Below are positions 53,107 through 61,209 of a stretch of DNA of 64,000 nt, in pieces. The notes under the pieces were generated by a model that saw only the letters and a list, made by a program, of their open reading frames with translations, searched no databases and was not told where the DNA came from. Both the position numbers and the translations under genes were made by a program. This DNA comes from Clostridia bacterium (GTDB lineage: Bacteria; Bacillota; Clostridia; UBA1212; DUPL01): assembly GCA_050951325.1 (NCBI GenBank), contig JBMNIW010000003.1, positions 64,001 through 128,000 of the forward strand, in the 5' to 3' direction. Within the stretch, counting starts at the first letter, position 1; every line of letters begins with the position of its first letter.

Positions 53107-53373
53107 TTATTGACTGACACTGGCATTAAGTGCTTTTGCAAGTTTGGACTTCTTGCGGGCGGCAGTATTCTTGTGAATAAGACCTTTTGCGGCTGCCTGG
53201 TCGATTTTCTTTATAGCCACTCTAACAGCCTCAGCTGCCTCTGGTGCATTGTCAGTTGCAGCATTTCTTGCCTTCTTTATATATGTTCTTAAAGCAGATC
53301 TCTTTGCCTTGTTAGCCGCTGCTCTCTTTCTGGCAATTAATACTCTTTTCTTTGATGACTTGATATTTGCCAA
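53107..53373 (-). CDS. rpsT: 30S ribosomal protein S20
   Basis: ANIKSSKKR, KGLIHKNTAARKKS; TTG start behind GGGAGGTG. Confidence 0.98.
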   Translation of the reverse strand: MANIKSSKKRVLIARKRAAANKAKRSALRTYIKKARNAATDNAPEAAEAVRVAIKKIDQAAAKGLIHKNTAARKKSKLAKALNASVSQ

Positions 53374-53530
53374 ATTATTCACCTCCCGCAAAACAATTTA
53401 ATTGATATAGTGAAAAAAAATTCACGTCTCTTATTTTACCATAAAAAATAAAATATGCAACAAAAAATTTTAAACCGCCTGCTTGAGCCAATTACCTCCT
53501 GCTACTGCATGATTGTCATACAGTCAGCAT

Positions 53531-54520
53531 TTATTTACCAGAACGTGAGCCTGCAACTATAAGTTCCAGAGCTGTTTCGTCCTTTATTAACCCGTTTTTG
53601 ATATCCTCGTCCATTTTGAGGCAGTTCTCAAAGCTGTCCTTCAGTTCTTTTTTAGAAAATCTTCTGCACTGATCCACCAACTTTCTAGCTACAAAATCTC
53701 TTACACCCAGTATCGCAACCACATCCCTGACACTTCCCCCATCATCGATAATGCATTTTGTGTCATAAAGCTGCAAAAACTGTCTTGCAACCATGACGAT
53801 TATAAACTGGGTGGATTCGTTGTTGTCCAACAAAAACTTAAGAGCTGTCAATGCCTTTCCCGAATCCTTTAAAGACAAAGCATCGGTAAGGTCAAATATC
53901 CTTTGGCTGGTGGACAACTTACATACTTTTCTTACATGCTTATCAGTAATAACATCACCTTCAACCGTATATTTTATCAGCTTGTCCAGTTCATTAAGAA
54001 GCATAACAAGGTCATCTCCAAGACCCGATATCATAAGGTTTATTGCATCCATGGTTATCTTTCTGCTTTGCTGCATGGCTGCCTTTGTGAGTATTTTACC
54101 TATCATCGTATCGTTTTGACGGACGCATTCAATCACAATGCCGTATTTGTCCAGCGTTTTGTATGCCTTTGACCTTTTGTCCACATTGTCTTCTCTAAAC
54201 ACAAGGCAGGTAAACTCGGGAAGATCCGAAAGAAAATCCAGATCCAAGTTTGCAGTCCCCTTGCCGCTAAAAAATTCACTGTTCTTTACAACAATCAATT
54301 TCTTCTGTCCAAACATGGGCATTTCATCACATAAATCAGATAGCTCTCTTGCATTTATTTTCCCGTCAATTTTTATATAATTGAAATCATTATCACCCAA
54401 GAGTGCGTTTCTTATTGATTTAATATAGTAATCCTTCATATATTCATCAATACCATAAAACAGATATAAGCTTCCTATTCTTCCCTCTCTAAGGGATTTG
54501 TTGAATTCCTGGTAAGTCAT
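53531..54520 (-). CDS. holA: DNA polymerase III delta subunit
   Basis: LYLFYG.DEY, MPMFG, NELDKL, IFDLTDA, DEDIKNG; follows comEC. Confidence 0.9.
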   Translation of the reverse strand: MTYQEFNKSLREGRIGSLYLFYGIDEYMKDYYIKSIRNALLGDNDFNYIKIDGKINARELSDLCDEMPMFGQKKLIVVKNSEFFSGKGTANLDLDFLSDLPEFTCLVFREDNVDKRSKAYKTLDKYGIVIECVRQNDTMIGKILTKAAMQQSRKITMDAINLMISGLGDDLVMLLNELDKLIKYTVEGDVITDKHVRKVCKLSTSQRIFDLTDALSLKDSGKALTALKFLLDNNESTQFIIVMVARQFLQLYDTKCIIDDGGSVRDVVAILGVRDFVARKLVDQCRRFSKKELKDSFENCLKMDEDIKNGLIKDETALELIVAGSRSGK

Positions 54521-54535
54521 CTGCGCCCCTCCTTC

Positions 54536-56692
54536 CTATAAATACTTCTGGATTCTTATGCTTTTTCCCTTCACCTTGATAATAACGGCACCATGATGAT
54601 CCGTCCTGTACAACTCACAATCTTTAAATCTTTCCAATACGATATCATCAGGATGACCAAACTTGTTTTTCCGTCCAACACTTACAACAGCAACTTCAGG
54701 TCTTGCTCTTTCAACAAACCCAGGTGTAGAACTGGTATTGGAACCATGATGGGCAACCTGTATAATGTCACAGTCTTCTATTTCGTTCATCCTGATATAA
54801 TAAGATTCTGCTTCTTTTTCAATATCGGAGCAAAAAAGCATTTTCTTTTGCTCCAACTTCAATTTTATCACTAAAGAAGAATTATTTAAAGATGCGATGT
54901 CCTTGTAAAACAGAATTTCTGAATAAAAGGAACTACCTGCTTCATAAACCGTCTTGTTTGATACATATACTACCTTTACACCTTTTCTTTTTGCATACTC
55001 TGCAATTTTCATGACTTCCTCATCATATTCATTGTCAGGAATAAACAAATAATTCACCTTAATTATATCCAAGACATCGTAAACACCGCCATAATGGTCC
55101 GAATGTCCGTGCGAAACTACAACAAAATCCAATTTGTTCGTTCCTCTTTTTAAAAGAAGCTGTGATACATTGACAAAACCCTCTCCAGCATCAACCAGTC
55201 CCTTAACCCCACATTTTGTTGAAATAAAAATACTGTTTCCCTGACCTACATCAAAAAACACAACTTCTGTAACCGCTGATGTGAGTATTATCAAAATAGC
55301 CATAAACGCCGGAATTCCCCTCATTACGTAAATCTTTGGTATTTCTATTTTTTTCTTTGAATTCTTGATTAAAAACAAAACAATCAAAAGGTAATATAAT
55401 ATATACAAAGTCAGACCCTTTGATGGAACAATTATTTCTGTTAAGAACTGTGGCAAAAAACTTGAAGACTCCATAACCTTGGTCATAAAATATAGCATTG
55501 AATGCAGAATATAGGATAGGAAAACTGCCAGGTATTTGAGGTGAAGAAAATCCACAAGGCACAATAAATACCCAATAACAAGAATGCCTGACGCAATGGG
55601 ACCTGCAATACATGTAAACAGAACTCCCACAAGATTAATTCTGTTGAATACATTCCACATTACAGGAAAAAGTCCCATGTTTACAGATATTCCTGTAAAA
55701 AACGAATCCAAACTTATTGACAGCACCTTGCTCTTTTCATATCCACCTCTGCCTCTGCCGCTTCCTCCTCCAGTCTTGACACTCCTGTAACCTTTCTTTT
55801 CAAAGAATCTTACTACTGCAGGTTGAATGATATATATGGAAAAAGCACAACTGTAGGAAAGTATAAATCCCAAGTCATATATCGAATAAGGATTTCTCAA
55901 TATTTGCATAATTCCTACAAAGCCTAGAACATTCAAGGAATCTCTTTTCCTTCCCAGCAAAAGTGCTATAATCCCCATTATTTGCGACATAACCGCCCTG
56001 AAAACGGACGGGGTCATGCCGGTAACAACAAGGAAAAACAAAAGCGGCAATACAAGCAATATGTTCCTGACCCATATGTTCAAATACTTTATCCTTAATC
56101 CTTTCCTGAAAGGCGTAAGGAACATGATGACATGGGTGCCGGACACCGCCATAAGATGGGCAAGCCCCGAGAGATGTATGCTCTCTTTGAGATTGTCGTC
56201 AATGGATTTTGCCTCTCCCGTCATTATGGCCATCGCAAGTGCGCTTCTGTCACCCAGATACTTTTTCAAACTTGCTGACATCCTGGTTCTTACAGAGGCT
56301 CCCCATGCAGTCAGGGAAGCCGGATTATCATCAAGTATCTCAATATCCTTTCTACTCACATAAGCCTGATACTTGACACCCTTTCCCAAAAGGTATTTCC
56401 TATAGTCAAACTCGCCAGGATTTGTTGCACACACAGGCACTGAAAGTTTGACAGATGCTTTTATCCTTGCTCCCTTTGACAATACATAATCATCAAAGTC
56501 AGCAGTGAGAAGAACATTGAATTCATCTGTCTCAATAACGTATTGTCCTTCCTTGTTCCATGGGGCCTTGTACACAATTCCTTTTATGCTTTTCCTTTCT
56601 GTCATTGCAGCTTCCTTTTTGGGGGAAGATGCATAGATATATGAAAGCAGCAACGACACAAGAAACAATACCAAAAAAAATCTATGGCGCAT
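54536..56692 (-). CDS. comEC: Competence protein ComEC/Rec2
   Basis: NPGEFDY, GLAHLMAVSGTHV, PSVFRA, DLGFILSY, FDVGQG, SHGHSDHYGG, HHGS, YRTD. Confidence 0.93.
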   Translation of the reverse strand: MRHRFFLVLFLVSLLLSYIYASSPKKEAAMTERKSIKGIVYKAPWNKEGQYVIETDEFNVLLTADFDDYVLSKGARIKASVKLSVPVCATNPGEFDYRKYLLGKGVKYQAYVSRKDIEILDDNPASLTAWGASVRTRMSASLKKYLGDRSALAMAIMTGEAKSIDDNLKESIHLSGLAHLMAVSGTHVIMFLTPFRKGLRIKYLNIWVRNILLVLPLLFFLVVTGMTPSVFRAVMSQIMGIIALLLGRKRDSLNVLGFVGIMQILRNPYSIYDLGFILSYSCAFSIYIIQPAVVRFFEKKGYRSVKTGGGSGRGRGGYEKSKVLSISLDSFFTGISVNMGLFPVMWNVFNRINLVGVLFTCIAGPIASGILVIGYLLCLVDFLHLKYLAVFLSYILHSMLYFMTKVMESSSFLPQFLTEIIVPSKGLTLYILYYLLIVLFLIKNSKKKIEIPKIYVMRGIPAFMAILIILTSAVTEVVFFDVGQGNSIFISTKCGVKGLVDAGEGFVNVSQLLLKRGTNKLDFVVVSHGHSDHYGGVYDVLDIIKVNYLFIPDNEYDEEVMKIAEYAKRKGVKVVYVSNKTVYEAGSSFYSEILFYKDIASLNNSSLVIKLKLEQKKMLFCSDIEKEAESYYIRMNEIEDCDIIQVAHHGSNTSSTPGFVERARPEVAVVSVGRKNKFGHPDDIVLERFKDCELYRTDHHGAVIIKVKGKSIRIQKYL

Positions 56693-56752
56693 ATACTAAT
56701 TATACATCGCCATAGCATTTTTGTATCCTTTGGGGAATATTACCCGATATTA

Positions 56753-57124
56753 TTATGAATTTTTACTTTTTGGTTTTGAAACAAATGATGCAACAAGACC
56801 AAAGAATATGGCCATTGCAATACCGGAAGCCACTGCTTCAAGACCTCCGGTAAGAATTCCTACGAACCCCTTTTCATCTATAGCTTTGAAGACACCCTTG
56901 CATAATGCATATCCAAAACCCGTCAATGGTATTGTAGCTCCCGTTCGCCCTATTTTCACCAGTTTGCCATATACTCCTATGGCTGTCAGAAAGACACCTG
57001 TAACCACGTACAGAACAAGTATTCTGGCAGATGTGAGTTTTGTCTTGTCAATCAGTATCTGTGCCACAACACATAATAGACCACCTGTTACAAACACGGC
57101 AAGATATTTCAAAAAAGTGTCCAT
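56753..57124 (-). CDS. spoVAE: Stage V sporulation protein AE(b)
   Basis: FVTGGLLCVVAQILID, GATIPLTGFG. Confidence 0.93.
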   Translation of the reverse strand: MDTFLKYLAVFVTGGLLCVVAQILIDKTKLTSARILVLYVVTGVFLTAIGVYGKLVKIGRTGATIPLTGFGYALCKGVFKAIDEKGFVGILTGGLEAVASGIAMAIFFGLVASFVSKPKSKNS

Positions 57125-57139
57125 TCAATCACTTCCCAT

Positions 57140-58150
57140 CTACATATTCTGTATTGATACCGCATGCGCAATTCCAATAATTGATTCACCCTGCTTGGTG
57201 GATACGGGACTCATCAATGCACCCGTGGCTACAAACAAAACCTTGTTAATAGCAGCTTCCCTCAGCTTTCTCAGTATATATCCATTAAGGACAACAGCAC
57301 TGCAGGCACATCCACTGCCTCCTGCGCAAGTCCCCTGTTTTTCAGGGTCAAATATCATCTCTCCGCAATCTTTCATATCTATGTCCAGGCCGTTTTTCTT
57401 CAATACTTCCATACACAATTTTTTACCCGTGATTCCCAGGTCTCCTGTTACTATCATATCATAATAGTCTGGTGAAAGGTTTAAATCCGACAGGTGAGCC
57501 TGTATTGTAAAAGCTGCAGCAGGAGCCATTGCCGCTCCCATGTTGTTGACGTCCTTTACCTCATAATCCACCATCTTGCCAGGTGTTACAGATACAATAA
57601 CGGGGCAGCTTTCCTCTGAATTATTCGATGACAGAAGGCATGCACCTGCACCAGTTACAGTCCACTGCGCATCAGGCGCCCTTTGGTTTCCCAGTTCCAT
57701 TGGAAACCGGAACTGCTTTTCCGCTGATGCAAAGTTACTGGAAGTCAGGCACACCGCATTATTCACACCTCCGCCGTCTATCAAAAGGGATGCCAATATC
57801 AATGACTCCGCCATGGTTGAGCATGCGCCGTACAGACCGAAGTACGGTCTTCCGGTTTTTTTAAGACCGTTGCCTGTTGCGATGCACTGGTTTAAAAGAT
57901 CTCCTGCAAATATGCAGTCCACCATGTTCTCATTAATCTGGCTTTTTGCGAGCAGTTTTGCATATGTCGCTTCTACAAACCTGGCTTCCGCCTTTTCCCA
58001 AGTGTCCTCTCCAAAATCCTCATTCTCTTTCTGGTCAAAGTATTTGCCTAAAGGCCCTTCCTTTTCCTTCGGCCCTACTATGCAAACACCTTCCTTCCAA
58101 TATACCTTTCTATCCAATACAAAAGTTTGATTTCCAACTTTCTGTGCCAT
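57140..58150 (-). CDS. spoVAD: Stage V sporulation protein AD
   Basis: GPKEKEGPL, AGDLLNQ, GLYGACSTM, QWTVTGAG, GGSGCACS. Confidence 0.96.
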   Translation of the reverse strand: MAQKVGNQTFVLDRKVYWKEGVCIVGPKEKEGPLGKYFDQKENEDFGEDTWEKAEARFVEATYAKLLAKSQINENMVDCIFAGDLLNQCIATGNGLKKTGRPYFGLYGACSTMAESLILASLLIDGGGVNNAVCLTSSNFASAEKQFRFPMELGNQRAPDAQWTVTGAGACLLSSNNSEESCPVIVSVTPGKMVDYEVKDVNNMGAAMAPAAAFTIQAHLSDLNLSPDYYDMIVTGDLGITGKKLCMEVLKKNGLDIDMKDCGEMIFDPEKQGTCAGGSGCACSAVVLNGYILRKLREAAINKVLFVATGALMSPVSTKQGESIIGIAHAVSIQNM

Positions 58151-58155
58151 ATCGA

Positions 58156-58587
58156 TTACCTCGTCAATAGAAAATATATTAGACCAACCAACACAGTGGA
58201 AGAAATACCATAAACAAGAACGGGGCCGGCTACAACAAACATTTGTGCGCCGACACCCATTATACGGCCTTCACTGCGAAACTCCATTGCAGGAGACACT
58301 ATTGAATTTGCAAAACCTGTTATTGGTACGATACTTCCCGCTCCTGCAAACTTCCCTATATTGTCATAAACATTCAATGCAGTAAGCAATGCTCCCAAAA
58401 ACACCATGAATACTGTAGTATGGACCTTGTTTACCTCTTCTGAAAAAGGCAATATGTCATTATATATCTGTGCAATAACACAGATAATTCCTCCAACAAG
58501 AAAAGCTCTGAGACAGTTGACAAAAACATTTGATTTTCCCGAATGTTTTTCAACCAGCTTTGTATATTCCTTTTGCTCCAAATTCAT
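58156..58587 (-). CDS. spoVAC: Stage V sporulation protein AC
   Basis: AFLVGGIICVIAQ, AGAGSIVPITGFANS, AGPVLVYG. Confidence 0.96.
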   Translation of the reverse strand: MNLEQKEYTKLVEKHSGKSNVFVNCLRAFLVGGIICVIAQIYNDILPFSEEVNKVHTTVFMVFLGALLTALNVYDNIGKFAGAGSIVPITGFANSIVSPAMEFRSEGRIMGVGAQMFVVAGPVLVYGISSTVLVGLIYFLLTR

Positions 58588-58666
58588 AACTTGACCTCCA
58601 AACATGGTTTACATATATTTTATCGCCATGTTTGGAAGCAATACATGCAAAAGTTGACATGATTTA

Positions 58667-59428
58667 TCAGTTTATGGCATCCAAATTGTTTCTGATTTTT
58701 TTCAATATTTTTTTTTCCAATCTTGAGACTTGTACTTGTGATAGGCCTAATAGTTCTGCAATTTTAACCTGGGTCATTTCCTTGAAATATCTTAGAATGA
58801 TTATTTGCTGTTCTGTTTTGTCAAGTTTTTTGATGGCGTTAACCAGTGCCATTCTTTCGAGCAGTTCGTTCATATCGTTGTCCTGGCCTTGTGTGTTTTC
58901 ATCCGCCAGTTTGTCTATCAGGTAGAGCGGCGACGAGTCATTGTCATTTGTTACTGCGTATATGGATTCGGGAGTCTGTCCCGCTTCCAAAGCCATTGTC
59001 AGTGTTTCAACGTCAACATCCAGCCTTTCAGCCAGTTCCTTCAAAGTGGGCTCTCTTCCCTTCTCCCTGCTCATGATTTCCGAGACACCCTTTGCCTTTA
59101 CATACAACTCTTTAGTCTGACGAGATATTTTAATTATACCGTCATCCCTGAGATATCTTTTGATTTCACCCGCAATCATGGGTACTGCGTAGGTGGAGAA
59201 ACATACATTGTAGCTTGTGTCAAAGTTCCTTATTGCCTTCATTAGTCCGATTGTTCCAATTTGATATAGATCTTCCGGTTCCACACCTCTGTTTGTGAAT
59301 CGTTTTACCACACTCCACACAAGTCCGGTATTCTTTTCAACAAGAGCACTCATCGCCTCGTTGTCACCATTTGCGGCTTTTATCAAAAGTTCCCTTGATT
59401 TTTCATCATGGAACTCATTCAATTCCAT
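58667..59428 (-). CDS. sigF: Forespore sigma factor SigF
   Basis: LVWSVVKRF, DLYQIGTIGL, FSTYAVPMIAGEIKRYLRDDG; follows spoIIAB. Confidence 0.95.
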   Translation of the reverse strand: MELNEFHDEKSRELLIKAANGDNEAMSALVEKNTGLVWSVVKRFTNRGVEPEDLYQIGTIGLMKAIRNFDTSYNVCFSTYAVPMIAGEIKRYLRDDGIIKISRQTKELYVKAKGVSEIMSREKGREPTLKELAERLDVDVETLTMALEAGQTPESIYAVTNDNDSSPLYLIDKLADENTQGQDNDMNELLERMALVNAIKKLDKTEQQIIILRYFKEMTQVKIAELLGLSQVQVSRLEKKILKKIRNNLDAIN

Positions 59429-59874
59429 CACCCCTTGCCAAGAGAGTGGAAGATCTTCTTTATTCTTACTATCGTGCCTTTGTTGACTGCCGACTCCACG
59501 TCGAGTTCATCCGAAAAGGATTCCATGATTGTGAAACCCATGCCGGATCTTTCGTTTTCCGGATCCGTAGTGTACAATGGCTTTCTTGCAAGCTGAACAT
59601 CAGCTATTCCGCAGCCTTGATCAACCACAGTGACCACAATGTAGTTTTCGTACAGCTCACATATCATCTCTATTTCCTTGGAGCTGTCCAGTTTGTAACC
59701 ATGGATTATGCAGTTGGTTACGGCCTCACTGACCGCGGTACGCAAATCGGAGATTTCCTCAAGGGTTGGATCCAGTTGTGCAGCCATAGAGGAAGCTAGT
59801 ATTCTCGCCAAAGACTCGTTTTCACTTTTAGCAGGAAAAACAACTCTCATGTAATTTGTTCTATCCATTGTCAT
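59428..59874 (-). CDS. spoIIAB: Anti-sigma F factor
   Basis: SENESLAR, TAVSEAVTNCIIHGY, ERSGMGFTIME. Confidence 0.97.
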   Translation of the reverse strand: MTMDRTNYMRVVFPAKSENESLARILASSMAAQLDPTLEEISDLRTAVSEAVTNCIIHGYKLDSSKEIEMICELYENYIVVTVVDQGCGIADVQLARKPLYTTDPENERSGMGFTIMESFSDELDVESAVNKGTIVRIKKIFHSLGKG

Positions 59875-60215
59875 ACCCCACATTCCTTCAAAGATTTGCA
59901 TTTATGTATATAATTGAACACACCAGCCATCTCAAGAATTTTCATGACATGTTTGAAATAGCTTGTCTTGCCTTCAGTTAGAAACCAGGTGGTGCCTCCC
60001 AAATGGGAGACTGTACGATACCTGCCCATCAGAACGCCAATGCCTGCACTGTCCATAAATGTCAGTTCTGTAAAATCGAATACCACATCCTTGACTAGAG
60101 TTCTTAGTATTTCCCTATCAATCCTCCGTCTGAGCTCGTCCGCACAATGATGATCAAGTTCACCAGTTACTTTCAATATTAGTAAATTGCCTTTTCTTTT
60201 CATTTCAAGTTCCAT
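59871..60215 (-). CDS. spoIIAA: Anti-anti-sigma F factor
   Basis: GELDHH, FMDSAGIGVLMGRY. Confidence 0.96.
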   Translation of the reverse strand: MELEMKRKGNLLILKVTGELDHHCADELRRRIDREILRTLVKDVVFDFTELTFMDSAGIGVLMGRYRTVSHLGGTTWFLTEGKTSYFKHVMKILEMAGVFNYIHKCKSLKECGV

Positions 60216-60354
60216 GGCTCACCCTCCTTGATATTCTGTACATATATTCTATATTATTTCCCAAAATATTACCCTGTTTTGGGAAATAATTTGAAAAAGA
60301 CCCGTCGAATACAAAAGGGTGCAGCCTTGAAAACGATCATGTTTTCTTGGGAAA

Positions 60355-61191
60355 TCACATGTCTTTTTCATCAATTTTGTTTGCAATTTCGATTATTCTG
60401 TTCAGCCTGTGGGCAGTGCCCGCCTTGCTTATTGGTGGGTTTAGAAGCTTGCCCAGCTCCTTCAAATCAAGCTCGGGATTCTCAATCCTTGCCATGGCAG
60501 TATCAAGCAGATGCTTTGGCAGTGTGCCAAGCATGTTTTTCTCCTCCAAAAGCCTTATGGCCTGTATCTGTCTGTAAGCTGCATCACTGGCCTTTTGCAG
60601 ATTTGCATTGTCGCAGTTTACCGCCCTGTTTGTGTTGTTCCTTATCTCCCTTATGATAAGCGCATTTTCAAACTCCATAACCGCCTTGTAAGCGCCAATC
60701 AGGGTAAGAAAATCCGATGCGGTTTCAGAATGCTTCATATATATGACGTATCTTTCTTTCCGCATCATTGTCTTTATATCCAGTTTGTAGTATTCAAGAA
60801 TGGTTTTGCAGATTTCGTATGGAAGACTTGACCTGAAACTCATCTCCACATGGGTAGCCTTGTCAATATCATTGGTCCGTCCCGAGGTTATGTAGCAGCC
60901 TCGTACAAAAGCTTTCATGCAGCACTCATCCATGGGCTCAGGCTTGTATGAAAAATGTGGCAGGATGATTGTGTACACATCACTCTTCTTCATTTTCTCC
61001 AAATCAAGCTCAAGATTGTGATACTTCTTTACAAGAAATCCTAGTCTTTCCGCATACAAAGAACTTTTTGTTTTTATCTTGTTTCCTGAAAGAGTCAAAC
61101 GGATAGCCGCATATTCGCAGAATATGCAGCAGTCCGTGTTTACTTCCAAGACATACAATTCATCCTTCACCCTCATTTGAAAAGTAGACAT
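60355..61191 (-). CDS. whiA: DNA-binding protein WhiA
   Basis: AFVRGCY..G, NRAVNCDNANL, LKELG..PISKAG..HRL. Confidence 0.88.
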   Translation of the reverse strand: MSTFQMRVKDELYVLEVNTDCCIFCEYAAIRLTLSGNKIKTKSSLYAERLGFLVKKYHNLELDLEKMKKSDVYTIILPHFSYKPEPMDECCMKAFVRGCYITSGRTNDIDKATHVEMSFRSSLPYEICKTILEYYKLDIKTMMRKERYVIYMKHSETASDFLTLIGAYKAVMEFENALIIREIRNNTNRAVNCDNANLQKASDAAYRQIQAIRLLEEKNMLGTLPKHLLDTAMARIENPELDLKELGKLLNPPISKAGTAHRLNRIIEIANKIDEKDM

Positions 61192-61209
61192 GTGATCACT
61201 TGCTTTCCT

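Noticed and set aside
53436-53530. Hairpin after holA followed by GGAGGT and an 18-codon TTG ORF
   Set aside because: The ORF runs through the rpsT promoter and T-tracts and its RBS spacing is poor; the hairpin is most simply a holA 3'-end structure
56721-58170. 247-aa and 184-aa plus-strand ORFs opposite spoVA
   Set aside because: Antisense to well-conserved spoVAE/spoVAD, with no independent coding evidence
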